From Carcharhinus longimanus (Eukaryota), in contig JASCQW010000162.1 in assembly GCA_030264375.1 (NCBI GenBank), forward strand, positions 56,911,074 through 56,975,073: a stretch of DNA of 64,000 nt, given 5' to 3'. Both the position numbers and the translations under genes were made by a program. Of the stretch, positions 51,571-64,000 are shown one piece after another. The notes below the pieces were generated by a model that was given only the letters and a program-made list of their open reading frames with translations, was not told the origin of the DNA and did no database searches. The first letter of the stretch is position 1. Each line of letters starts with the position of its first letter.

Positions 51571-52744
51571 GCAAGTCTTCAACACAGTGTGCATGGCTAA
51601 GCTAGCTGAAATGCTCTATATCTAGCTTTAAAGAGCATCAACCAAACAAAAAAATGTTCAAAAAAAAAACATTTTCAACTTTCCAAATATGTCCCTCCTG
51701 ACATTAATTAATGGCATCAATAGAATGCCATTTGCTATTGCTGAAAAACTGGTTCAGACCACCGGGTTACTGCTCCAATTGGCGGTAACAGTGAGTCATT
51801 TACTGAAGGCCTATTCTGCCACTCAGGATACAAATCACACACTTTACCATGAAAAGTAAACTATCCACAAGACATCTTTCACAGCTGCCTGTACAACCCT
51901 GTGTTGTTAGATCAAACATTCAAGTATTGAAACAGGCGAAGCATGATGTCTTGTCAGCTATTAAAGTGTCAGATTTTACCACTCAAGTGAGCAGCAATGT
52001 TAACCCTCCTTTATGCAGCGGGTACAGGCAAGCAATCTGGATGAATTCACACATGGTTTAATGCACGCCAATCACTAGTTATATTTTTATTGGTAAAGTT
52101 GGTAATGCTGTGCGCATTATCCCAAGAATTTCCAACGGAGATGATAAAAAGTGCTTGCATCCAAAGGGGCTGTCACAGTAATAAAAATAATTCTAAAGTT
52201 AATGGGGAACTGACAGTTCCTGTTGCTGCTTATTTCTTGGCTCTTGGGGAGTGTATAAGCTGCAGATTTCTCTTCTGGTCTGTCACAACACTCCCAGAAT
52301 TATGACACTGAATAATGAATGGTTTTACATATGACAAAAACTATTCATGGGGTTGATTAATACAGTACAATAGATACACTACCTGTAGGTGTCTGTGACA
52401 TGTTTTGGAATCCTGCACAAGTAAATGGAGTGAAGAACTTAAGGTAGGAAATTATTGTGACTTCATTGTAATGGTCAGGTTCTGTGATCCTTTTCAAAAG
52501 GCCATGTGGAACAATTTGTTACCTCTTTGATATTTTTTGAAAGAATCGTCTCTTTTGTCCATGCTCCATTCCTCCCAAGACAACTATGTCAACTTTCAAA
52601 AGTCACCCATAAGTTTAGATGCTTCAATCAGCATTCAACCTCGAGGGGTTTCATAACTTATCACAGTTCATCTCTTTCAAAGCTGACTGCGAGTCACTCC
52701 ACCACCGCCCCCCAATACCCAAAACATACACAAGTAGGGTTTTT

Positions 52745-53041
52745 GGTGGCACGGTGGCACAGTGGATAGCACTGCTGCCTCAGAGCAATTGTGATTTGGG
52801 TTCAATTCTGGCCTTGGACGTCTTTCTGTGCAGAGTTTGCACATTCTCCCCATGTCTGCATGGGTTTCCTCCCACAGTACAAAGATGTGCACGTTACGTG
52901 GATTGGCCATGCTAAATTGCCCTTTAGTGTCAGGGGGAAAATACATGGGGTTGTGGGGATAGGGCCTGGGTGGGAATGTGGTTGGTGTAGGCTTGATGGG
53001 CCAAATGGCTCCTTCTGCACTGTAGTGATTCTATGATTCTA
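52745..53041 (+). mobile_element. Full-length HE1-type SINE
   Basis: GGTGGCACGGTGGCACAGTGG head; GATTCTATGATTCT tail. Confidence 0.92.
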
Positions 53042-53042
53042 T

Positions 53043-53340
53043 TGATTCATGGGATGTGGGCACTGATAGCTAGACCAGCATTTATTGTCCATCCTTAGAC
53101 GCTCAAGAAGGTGATGATGAGCTGCCTTCATGAACCACTGCAGTCCATGTGGTACAGGTACACACAGAGTACTGTTAGGGAGGGAGTGCCTGAATTTTGA
53201 CCCAGTGACAGTGAAGGTCCTGCAATGTAATTCCAAGGCACGATAGTGTGAGTCTTGAAGGGAAACTTACAGGTGGTGGTGTTCCCATGCATCTGCTGCC
53301 TTTGTCCTTTCAGGTGGTAGAAATTATGGGGTTGGAACTG
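53043..53340 (-). mobile_element. LINE 3' end (same family as 26785-27006)
   Basis: ATTCATGGGATGTGGGCA..CCAGCATTTATTG..GAGCTGCCTTCATGAACC. Confidence 0.75.
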
Positions 53341-53473
53341 GCAACAAGAAATTTAATTTTGAGAGATTTTTTGGAAAAAACTAGAGAGAAACTAAGATTT
53401 GATATTCTCCAAAATCATTACAAGTTTCAATCATTCAGGCTCCTGCTGTCATTGATTTTACTGGCATGTCTTT

Positions 53474-53783
53474 ATAGAATCATAGAATCCTTACAGTGCA
53501 GAAGGAGGCCATTTGGCCCATCGAGTGTGCACTGACCACATTCCCACGCAGGTCCTATTCTCGCAACACCACATATTTTCCCTGCTAATCCCAGACACTA
53601 GGCTAAATTTAGCATGGCAAATCTCCATAACCCTAACATCGTTGGACTGTGTGGGGAAACCAGAATGCCTGGAGGAAACCCACGCAGACACAGGGAGGAT
53701 GTGTAAACTCTGCACAGACAGTGACCCGAATTGAACCTGGGCCCCTGGCACTGTGAGGCAGCAGTGCTAACCACTGTGCCACC
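53474..53783 (-). mobile_element. Full-length HE1-type SINE
   Basis: ATAGAATCATAGAATCC ... GCAGTGCTAACCACTGTGCCACC. Confidence 0.92.
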
Positions 53784-54134
53784 TTTATATTTGATAACAA
53801 GGTTTTGGGGAGTTATTAACACAATAATACAGCCTTAAAATGTAAAGTATTTAAAATGATTTACTGACTTTGGTCGTCTCAAAGTAATTCTCAATCAGCC
53901 GAGTGAAGAAGTGTCCTCCATGGATACAATGACAGAGATCCAGAACTCCAACATGGAGAGAGTAATACAATTGTTTAACATGAGAAAGGAAAATGTGACA
54001 CTGGATTGTGCAACACAGTTTATGCACCCACATGTCCTGAGGAATAATAGCCTCATCACCTGAACAGCAAGCATTGTGGTTTTAACAGCATTTGAACCAT
54101 CAGCATATATGCAAGGCGGCATGATGGACTGGCA

Positions 54135-54459
54135 GTTATATACCACTTTTCGCAAGCTTAGAACATCCCAATGTGCTTTATGGTCAATGAAGTACTTTTT
54201 GAAGATATAGTCTCTGTGGTCTTGGAAACGTGATTCATTTGCACATGGCGGAGGTCCCACTAACCACAAAGTGATAGTGACAAGCCAACTCATTTCTGTT
54301 TGTATGGTGTTGATTGAAAGATAAATGTTGGTAAAGACACTGGGGTAACTTCCTTACTCTACTTCAAAATATTGCTTTGGGATCTTTCAAGTCTACTCGA
54401 CTGGGTAGAAGAGGCCTCGGTTCATGATCTCATCCAAAACACAGCCTCTTTGTCAGTGC
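54135..54459 (-). mobile_element. DeuSINE-like fragment
   Basis: CAATGAAGTACTTTTTGAAG..GTTGATTGAAAGATAAATGTTGG..GACACTGGGG. Confidence 0.65.
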
Positions 54460-55231
54460 NNNNNNNNNNNNNNNNNNNNNNNNNNNNNNNNNNNNNNNNN
54501 NNNNNNNNNNNNNNNNNNNNNNNNNNNNNNNNNNNNNNNNNNNNNNNNNNNNNNNNNNNNNNNNNNNNNNNNNNNNNNNNNNNNNNNNNNNNNNNNNNNN
54601 NNNNNNNNNNNNNNNNNNNNNNNNNNNNNNNNNNNNNNNNNNNNNNNNNNNNNNNNNNNNNNNNNNNNNNNNNNNNNNNNNNNNNNNNNNNNNNNNNNNN
54701 NNNNNNNNNNNNNCCGCACTTATTTGCGCGTTAACAGCCCGCCCCACCTCCAGATCATTATTCGGGGCCCTATAGACAACACCCACCAGAGAGGCAGAGG
54801 AACTACTTCTCAATGCAGCGGGAATGGCGCACCATATCTGACCTGTCAGATGACCTGGGAATGGCTACAATGGCCAAGATGCGTTGAATCAAAGTAATTC
54901 CATTCCCCATCACTTTAATCCTTCAAGAACAAAAATAAACATGTTCCTATCTCAGGTAAAATTGCACAGCTTGCCATAAAGTGGCAACCTGGTAAATTAT
55001 GCATGGGGAGAAAAAATTACATTCACTTCTACTCCCTCTCAGCCATTAAACTAAATTTAAGATGTAAACTTCAGTCGTGGAAAGAAAGAAAATCCCACCA
55101 AAATGTGTGCTATTGAAATAATGGTTGAGCCAGAAAACGTGTATACAGTTAATGCAATGCTTAATTTAGTTTATGGATGAAAGAAAAAACAATGACTCGA
55201 CATCAGGCACAGTACAGTAGAAATTGTATGA

Positions 55232-55420
55232 TCAGAATATAAAATCGTAGCACTGTCTCAGAAAATGTGCATTCAGAATACTAAGTCATATCATCCTTCA
55301 CAAAGCATGCACTCAGAATTCAAAACCACATCGCCCTCAGAAAATGTACAGTCAGAATTTAAAGTCACTCCACCTCTCAGAAATGGTGCACAGAGAACTC
55401 AAAAGCCATTACCACCTTTT
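55232..55420. repeat. Degenerate ~40-bp minisatellite, about 5 units
   Basis: Units start TCAGAAT at 55232, 55273, 55313, 55352 and AGAGAAC at 55392. Confidence 0.75.
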
Positions 55421-58400
55421 GATACCTTTGCGAAATATGGGCTTTCTGTCCAAATTTAGAGGCATCAAGAATCTTCACAAAAGCGAAACACCTAGAAGAC
55501 AGAACTGTCTGTTACTAAGCTTACTTCTGAATGGCAAAGTTATTGCATGATCAGCCCTTGCTAAAATATAAATGACAGCCTTGATCAACTGCTAACGAAG
55601 ACTAGTCCATCTTTTTCAACCAGTGGCACTTCTGTTATTTCTTGCAAAGGGATTTGCCAGAGAATCTTATTCATAATATTTGCAAACATACAGTTCAATG
55701 ACATTTTTCATGTCACCAATGCCACTATGACAAAAATGATGTATCACAATTCTGACCTCTTCATTCCCCTTTAACAATAAATTGAAACACATAGGAGTCC
55801 TTAAATAGCAAAATTAACAGTTGTAATTGTGCACTCATATCAATAAATATTGGAAATAAAAACAGATGTAGTTTGCTGGAATATAGAAAACAAAGCCATT
55901 TTGGGATTTGAGGTGCACTTTATCCATAGAAAAATATATATGCAAATCCCAGGTGAAAGACAGAAAACACAAAAAATGTACACATTACCCAACATTTGAT
56001 AAAAATGTAGGTTAAGAATTTGAGCTAGAGATCCTTTGTCAGAACAGGAAAGTTGAAAAAAAGAGTGTCCTTGCAGAGCTAAACAGTAGAAAAATGCGAG
56101 GAGTGTGGATAGGCTATTTTGCCAATATAAAGGCATGGCTAATAGGTTTTAATAGCCTCAGTACAAATTCAATACAAGTTTAAAGAGAAACATACTGAAT
56201 ATGTAAAATCATCAGTGTCACCTTCACGAGAGCTATTGGAAAGGCAAAAAAGATGAATAATATAATTCCACAATAGAGGCAAACAATGAGAAATGTAAAT
56301 TGGGGAAACAGGGATGTAAGATGTCCAGCATGTAGTTGAAATACTATTGTTGATGTTTGCAGTGAGCTTGGTTGGAATAGTACAAGAAGCCAGACACTGA
56401 AAGGCCAAGGTAAGAATGGGAGAGACAGTTTGCAGTCACAGCTGGGTAGATCAGGATGATGCTTGCAGGCTGAACAAAAGTGCTCAGAAAAGCAGTCACC
56501 ACATTTAATGGGGCTGCAGTGAATGCACTACTTGGAATTGGAGGAAATTTTAATTGCTGCCCTGCAGAGTTTAAAGGTTGAATTGTTATTCTGGGCTCTA
56601 AATAAGGGCATGAGCAGAAACAAATGATTGTGTGCATTGGATAGCATGGGAAATATTTTTATCAGCTTTAATTCAAAATGGTGGTCGAGGATATTGCAAA
56701 TGCTCCACAATAACAATTTGTTTTTTAGCATTTGAAGCTGGTGAAAATTTTGTCGTGAGTGTTGACTACACAAAATGGTGACATCTTTGGTTCTATCTGC
56801 CAGTAAATCCTTTGCAAATTCTAAGGAGATAATTTTGAACATGCAACTAGAGATAGCTCCAAGACCAATGATCAACATGTTGAAACAGAAGCCAGTAATT
56901 GTTGCACAAACTCTCAAAATCTGGTATATAGGTTTGATTGCTCCTGTCCAGGACTGCTGTGATTACAGGTAGTTCAAGCAGAGATTGTTAGGCATAATCT
57001 GTAAGCTGAGAAATGACTTAAGATGCTCTGTTAGCATTGAAATTCCAATGGGGACTAAGTCCAATAGGTCCCAATAACAAAGGCATGGGTTGCTCTGTGT
57101 GATGAGTCCAAGTTTGATTGCGATATAAGCAGGAAGCTAATTCCATGGGCTAATTATGGCACAGAAAGAGGGACATTGGGTCCAACTCTTTTGAGTTAAA
57201 CAATTACATTAAATTAAACATACTGAGGGATGTATTACAAGGGGCAGCCCCTCAAAGGAGAACTGATCAAGTTCAACAAAGCTTTCAAGCTATTAATCAG
57301 AAGGGATGGGGGCGGAATATTTTGGCCACTCTTGGCCCAAGGCCGGAAAATGGTCCAAGGCCAGCGGACCTTTGCATTGCCCATGTCCCGGGCAGAATGG
57401 TAAAATTCCACCCAGGGTATTGAGAGATAAATTAGTTCCACTGAGAGGTGAGTCTAGGACTAGAGGAGCATAGAAGAGTTAGAGTCAGACCTTTCAGGAA
57501 TAAAATCAGAAAATGTTTCTACATACAAAGGGTGGAAGAAATTTGGAGTACCTACAGATAACAACTGATGTTAGATTAATCATTAATCTTAAAGCTGAGA
57601 TTATTTGAATGGAGAGCCACTCACAAATGAGGGCCATATATATGGATAGCAGAGTTCATACATGGGGAGCTGTTGACAGAAGATAAAGAATAAAGATTAT
57701 TATGTTTTGGAACTGTCTCTTTGAGGTAAAATAGAGTCGTGAAGGGGTCATGTGACCTATTCTGAATTTGGCTTGACAACAAGCCTGAGTGATTTGGTTG
57801 CTATGGGGAAAATAAGGCCCAGATTGTTTTACAGCAAAGAAAGTGCAAGACATTCACACCTGTGGACAATGGGAAGAGCACCTGTGTTGATTCTGTGCCG
57901 ACTGTTTGTCACCAAGTCCCAAGGAAAGCCTGGCAATGTCAGGTTTGATAAATAGTTATATTTTAAACTGTCTATTAACTTCAAGTTAGAACGGAGTTGG
58001 GGGAAGATAGATAATTACCAATTCTACCTGGATACTAAGTCTATGTGATTCATAATGCTATGGAGATTGGATCTGGGGAGGGAGGGGTCCACAGAATGCC
58101 ACTGTAGGATGATTTTCTAAGATAGCACTGAAGCTGCCAGAAGCAAAATAGGCTGTAAGTGTCTGACAGAGAGAGAGAAAGAGAGAGAGAGAAACAAAGA
58201 TGGAGACAGAGAATAAAAGGAGTAGAGAGTAAATAGATTAGCTAGTCCTGCAACTGTAAAAGGGAAAATGCTGACTATTATCCAGTTTGCAAAATGCATG
58301 TGGGAGTTCACTCAGGTTGAAAAGACCAAGTTCATGGGATTTTAAACAAGGCTAAGTTTTGTCTTACTTTGGTCAGAGGGAAAAATCTCCAGGGTAACCC

Positions 58401-58658
58401 TCACCATAAAAATCAATTCAGGGATTAAAAGCTACCTGACTGGGAAAGGTAGAAGGAAGCTGGTCAATAGAGGCAGTGAACAACTTTGGACTGGGTCCAG
58501 GAGACTGAAGTGTCCACTCAAGGAACAGAATAAAGTATAACCATGGTGTGGGATTGTTAAAGGGGAAAATCCTTTCTGTAGTTTTAAGTAAAGGCTGCCT
58601 AATCAACAGTAGTTAGTCAATGTTGTTTTCAGTTTGCTGATCACAATTGAACTTGATC

Positions 58659-58970
58659 CTTTTTTATTCATGGAAAAAGAGCACTGCTGGCTGGCCAGCA
58701 TTTATTGCCTTAATTGCCCGAGGACAGTTGAGAGTCCATCACATTGCTGTGGCTCTGGAGTCACACGGAGGTCAGAGCAGGTAAGGACAGCAGATTTCTT
58801 TTCCAACAATTGACAATGGTTTCATGGTCATCATTAGATTCTTTATTCCAGATTTTTTAAAATTAAATTCAAATTCCACCATCTGCCGTGGCAGGATTTG
58901 AACCCAGGTCCCCAGAACATTCGCTAATTTTCTGGATTAATAGACGAGAGATAATACCACTAAGCCATTG
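58659..58970 (-). mobile_element. Second tRNA-SINE family copy
   Basis: Reverse complement of 11386-11741. Confidence 0.8.
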
Positions 58971-59049
58971 CATATTACATGAGATTCAAATATATTTTTA
59001 AAAGTTATCAGCATTAATGGGAATCTTAACAATGGATGGAATTTTACAC

Positions 59050-59769
59050 TAGAATTCTGGCCAAGGAACAAAACCAGTGTGCATCCCTCCAGGTACTCAG
59101 CCGAGTTTTCTCTCCAGATTCTGTGACTCTATGCACAAAAAGTTTGGGGACATGGTTTTCACTGTCATGCTGGAAGGGCAGAGCCTGAAAGCAATGCCAG
59201 CTCCACAGAGATAGAAACACCATTTTTAAGGGAGCCCCAATCTGCCCTGAATTGAAACTCCTCCTCCTCCAAGCTCCCCTCCACTGATAAAGAAGAACAC
59301 CACCCCTGTCCAACAAGCACCAGGGATCACTCCGCACACATAAGGGGAACTTGCCCAATGGAGCACCCCAGAGGGCACGCTGTGGCACTGCCTACCTAAG
59401 GGTGCCAAAATGGCATTGCCAGGTTGCCAGGGGAAGTGCCAGTCCGGCTTGACTCCCCCCCCCCACCCACCTCCAGAGATACACTTATTTTTGCGCTGCC
59501 GACGAGTTCCCCTCAACTGCTTTATGTTTTGTAAATCAGTTGTAAACCTTGCCGACGTGATGTCACATCAGTGAGGGGCGATTGGGGGAAGGGGGGACAT
59601 ACAGTGGGGAAGCCCTTTGAAGTATATTTACATTCATTAAAATGTGCCAGCAAGGGATGCGAAATATCACAGAATGCCAAGATTCTTGATTCAGTGAGAG
59701 AACTTTGCAAGAATTCCCACCAGAGTCACCATTTTCACCCACGGCGAACACCAGCAGAAAATCCCAGCC
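59050..59769. mobile_element. Larger GC-rich non-autonomous TIR element
   Basis: Ends GCAGAAAATCCCAGCC like the MITE TIR; internal GGCACTGCC/GGGTGCCA repeats. Confidence 0.5.
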
Positions 59770-60085
59770 TGTAGGTGGGCAATAAATTTGGAGCTCAGAG
59801 GACAAATCAATATGGAGGCTGATAACCAAGAATGAGGTGTCATTCAGTGTGGACGCCAAAATGAAAAAGGAGGGAGATTACCTCGCGGAAGCATTTGAAA
59901 AGGAGCTTGGAGGAGACATTTGAAGGCAAAGGTACCAGAGCAGGAGCCTTGGTGATAAGGGACAAATCCTCACACAGGACAGGCGGTGGACATTGTAGCC
60001 AACTGAGTCTTAGGCGTCAGTCAATTGAGTAGCATTCTAAAATTAATAGGAAATATTACTCAAAACATTTTACTCAAAACATTAC

Positions 60086-60354
60086 TGTAATAGATTGAGT
60101 CCAACTCAATGTGATTTTAACAGAATAAATATTTACATACAACAAGTTTAGACTAGATTACAAATGCAACTGCTCAGCTCAACTCAACATGAGCTCATCC
60201 TGGACCCATGGTATGCGCCCTCCTGTCAATTGGCTCAGCTTCCTGCCAGAACGAGCCATCAGCTCCTCACCGATCACGTGGTCCTCAGGATACACTCCCG
60301 GCTAGCACTGGGGTAGAATTCCCCCCACCCCTCTTAAAGGGCCACGTTATTACA
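60086..60354. mobile_element. Short solo LTR, 269 bp
   Basis: TGTAATA...TATTACA perfect 7-bp inverted termini; flanks ATTAC/ATTGC are a near 5-bp target duplication. Confidence 0.75.
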
Positions 60355-61233
60355 ATTGCCAGTGCTAAGCTAGACCAGATTCAGATGAAAGTACTTTCTG
60401 ATAATAAGAAACAATAAGAATGTGATGGTTTACATTTTCACATGACAGCTTACTGTTGAGACCAAGCAGAACTTCTCCTGGGAAGGACTTTAGCCAGATC
60501 ATCAACCAGAAGTTAGTTGTCCCTTTGATCTTCCTTAATCAGGAAGAAAATGGGATGCCAAATGATGAAAAAGAAGATGCAAATCCACATAAAGCCAAGT
60601 GCTCTATAAATCTGGTTATAGTAGATGGAGCAATGGAGCCGGATGAGGCATTTTGATTCAAGTACTCAACAACGGTGAACCGCTCAGGTGATTTACCCAG
60701 TCTTCTGCCTTGTTTTGTTAATCTCTCAATTGTACCTTTCATTTCCTTCAAAAGTCAATCTGTATAGTTGTTGAATTGATTGAAGATGATTGATTCACTT
60801 AAATGAAAGTACAGCAGCAAAACCACTGGGTTAAGTGATTTTCATCACGTATGTGAAATCAAAACATTTGATGTACTTAACTGTCTGAAAATGTCAAAAG
60901 TGTCATAAAAACTGCCATTGAGAATTGATAATTGTCTCTGTAGCAGGTTCGGGGATTGTTCCTCAACCCCATGCTCCGTAATGCTCACAACAGGTTTGAG
61001 GTCAATCTGAGATGTAGACTAAGCTAGTTGACAGAATAACTGGAATAGTGCCTGTTATAAAAAATGAAACTTGCTTTTGTAAAATCAATATTTCAGAGAA
61101 GCGAGGAAAATTAAATGCTTTTGTTACCTTTTGGTATAAATGTCTTTCTAGCACAGTACAACAAACCCATTGAAGGGATAATCAACACGAGGTGAATTCA
61201 CGTTAATATGACCATACCTGATGTTGCATAGTA

Positions 61234-61600
61234 GCAGCGTGGTGACATAGTGGTTAGCATTGCTGCCTCACAGCGCAAGGGACCCAGATTCAATTGTGGC
61301 TTTGGGTGACTTTTTGTGTAAAGTCTGCATGTTCTCCCTATGTCTACATGGGTCTCCTCTGGGTGCTTCGGTTTCCTCTCACAGTTCAAAGATGTACAGG
61401 TTAGGTGGATTGGCCATGCCAAATTGCTCCTTAGTGCCCAAATATGTGTAGGTTAGGTGGATTAGTCATGGGAAATATGTGGGTTACAAGCATAGAGTGA
61501 GGGGGGGGAGGAGTCTGGATAAAATACTCTTTCAGAGCATCAGTATAGACTCTATGGGCTGGATGGCCTCTTTCTGCAGTGTAGGGATTCTATGGTTCTG
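61234..61600 (+). mobile_element. HE1-type SINE
   Basis: GTGGTTAGCATTGCTGCCTCACAGCG head; GTAGGGATTCTATG tail. Confidence 0.88.
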
Positions 61601-62079
61601 TGAACTGCCAGTACCTAGAACCTGTTTATTCTGATGCTTCACTATTCTCACTTTGAGGATGATTTTGATCATTTCATCAATTCTTCATTACTGATAACAA
61701 GCACAAAGGTTTATAATTTCCCTGGTTATCCTTTTATCACCATTTATGAATACTGGATAAAACCCAAAGACTAGATTTGCAGTAAATGTTGTGTCAATGT
61801 TCAAAAAGAACAGGGTGAAATTTGGAAATGATAAGGCCCAAGTTTCATAGTGGGAGGTTGCCACAGATAAAAACTGAAGAGCGTAAATCCCAAATGGATT
61901 TCAGAGCAACAAGTTCATGATTTCCAAATTCACTGGAATTCTTTGAAGAGGTCACTAATGTGATTGGGCAAAGGTATACCAGTAGACAATGCTCAGTTTG
62001 ATTTTTACAAGACAGTCAATGAAATTCCTTATATAAAACTGATAGGAAATGTTCTGAGACATCTATTATTCATTGTGTT

Positions 62080-62310
62080 TCAGATAGAGAAGTTAAAGTG
62101 AACCCTTGTCTACCCTGTTGGGTGGATATAAAAGATCTTGTGACACTATTTAAAAGAAAAGGGGAGTTATTGTCCAATATCTATCCCTCAATCAACGATC
62201 CAAAAACAGATTATCTGGTCTTCATCACATTGCTGCTTGTGGGAACTTGCAGTATGGATATTGGCTGCTGTATTTTCTACATTACGTGAACCACTGCACT
62301 CATTTAATGG
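62080..62310 (+). mobile_element. DeuSINE-like fragment
   Basis: GTGGATATAAAAGATC..CACTATTT..GGGGAGTT..CCAATATCTATCCCTCAATCAAC..CAGATTATCTGGTC. Confidence 0.7.
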
Positions 62311-62411
62311 ATCCTGTTCCATTCTTGCTAATTGCTGTATTTGCATTCATAACTGGAATAAATGCACATCAAAGCTAACAAACTGGATGTGAAACACTTT
62401 GGAGAGATGCT

Positions 62412-63178
62412 TTTTGATTTGATTTATTATTGTTACATGTACTAGCATGTAGTGAAAAGTATTGTTTCTTGGGCACTATATAGACAAAGCGTACCATTTA
62501 TAGCGAAGGAAAGGAAGTGCAGAATGTAATGTTACAGTCATAGCTAGGGTGTAGAAAAAGATCAACTTAGCTCAAGATAAGTCAATTCAAAAGTCTGATG
62601 ACAGCAGGGAAGATTCTATTCTTGAGTTGAAAATGAGAGGGAGAAAGTTTAGAAGAGATGTAAGGAGCAAGTTTATCACCCAGAGGGTGGTGAATCCCTG
62701 GAACACGCTACTGGAGGCGGTGATGGAAGCAGATTTTATAACAATGTTCAAGAGGCATCTGGATAGTTACTGAAATAGGCAGGGAATAGAGGGATATGGA
62801 CCACATAGAGGCAGGAAAATATTAGATTGGGGAGGCATCTGTGTTGGCACAGACTTGGTGGGCCGAATGGCCTGTTCCTGTGCTGCGCAGCACTGTTCTT
62901 TGTTCTTTACAAAATGGCTTTAAAATGTGGAAAGGAAGAGGCCAGAAGACGCAACAAATGATAAAATGTTGTGGAGAGTGAATAAACAAATATAATTGCT
63001 GGAGTCGATTGGTACATGACCTCAGACTTTTGTATCTTTTACCCGATGGAAGAAAGTGAAAGAGACCATGTCCAGGGCGCATGGGGTCCTTGATTACGCT
63101 GGCTGTTTTTGAGGCAGCGAGAAGTGTAGACAGAGTCAATGGATGAGAGGCTGGTTTGTGTGATGGACTGGGCTTCAC
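62412..63178 (-). mobile_element. Rex/Babar-like 3' end interrupted by a plus-strand CR1 3' end (about 62630-62908)
   Basis: SVIKDPMRPGHGLFHFLPSGKRYKSLRSCTNRL; homology to 20423-20800. Confidence 0.82.
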
Positions 63179-64000
63179 TCGCTGAAATGATTCAAAATAA
63201 TTTTTGCCATCAGTTCTGAAGGAAGACTCTTATTTTTGCTGAAGAGATGAATGTAAAGCACAAAATAAGCTTTAAAAATAATGGAAAGCCAAGTTTAACT
63301 TAGACAAAGGGCATAGGACTGCAGGACACAAAAAAGTTTACAAATCTTGAGCAAGGTTAAATTACAAAACCAATCTTCCGGCAGAATAATGGGTAGAGAT
63401 AGAGAAAAGGTGCCTTATTCAGGATTACTTAGTAACTCCAAGTGAGAACTGGATCGATAACCATTGAATAGGGAGTTGGAGGGTTTCAGAGTTATTCACA
63501 GCACTATCACATACTTTTTCTCATGAGAAAAGCAGCAATTTAGTCTTCCTTAAAGTAAGGGATTACTAGTTGTTGGAGAGCCTATGATAGAATCTTTCGC
63601 ATGGACTTTGCGTGGATCAGATTTCAAGGCCTTTTTCTGACTTATGGTCTTTTTTATGTTGCTATGTTCATCAAAATATCATTCATTTTTACAATAAAAT
63701 GGAGAGGATAGCTTCCCTAAAAGTACATTAAAAAACTTGCCAGTCCTGTGTTATAAGAATCAGATTTGTTTCATCCTTTTAAACCCATGATATGCCAGCC
63801 ATGAATAGATAGAATTTCTGGGTGCATTTATGCTGGTCAAAATTCTCAGAATCTTACTTAATAAAATGAAGGATAGATTTTTTTGATTTCAATGAGGAAA
63901 CCAGAGAGAACCCCATCAGCATTGTCGGTGAGAAAAGTTGTTATATTTCCAATTCATTAAAAAAAGTCATGAATTTCACACAGCGCCTCTGGCAGTCAGC

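Noticed and set aside
55232-55420. CRISPR-like array
   Set aside because: Vertebrate DNA, no cas genes, and whole units are homologous rather than repeat plus unique spacer
60440-60751. Overlapping plus and minus ORFs of 66-70 aa
   Set aside because: No recognisable domain or partner exons; could not be distinguished from chance

Overview
Eukaryotic, repeat-dense, essentially non-coding DNA from a gapped assembly. It is almost certainly a shark (elasmobranch) genome, judged from abundant HE1-type V-SINEs and HER1/CR1 LINE 3' ends. No intact protein-coding gene could be identified. The protein-like ORFs I could recognise are decayed transposon remnants: Gypsy pol, CR1, L2, Rex1/Babar and a Vingi/Ingi-like LINE. 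Other elements include solo LTRs, DeuSINE-like copies, a second tRNA-SINE sharing its tail with a LINE, Penelope-like ends, and a GG..CC MITE family with AT target duplications. The most unusual item is a near full-length U2 snRNA-derived sequence at 35765-35959. Its branch-point recognition region is replaced by sequence that folds into a new long hairpin, and it is flanked by a 7-bp direct repeat. An intact-looking minimal hammerhead ribozyme core lies at 23069-23108, and a few candidate minus-strand exons lie between 35 and 45 kb. Family names come from recalled consensus similarity, not database searches, and repeat boundaries are approximate.
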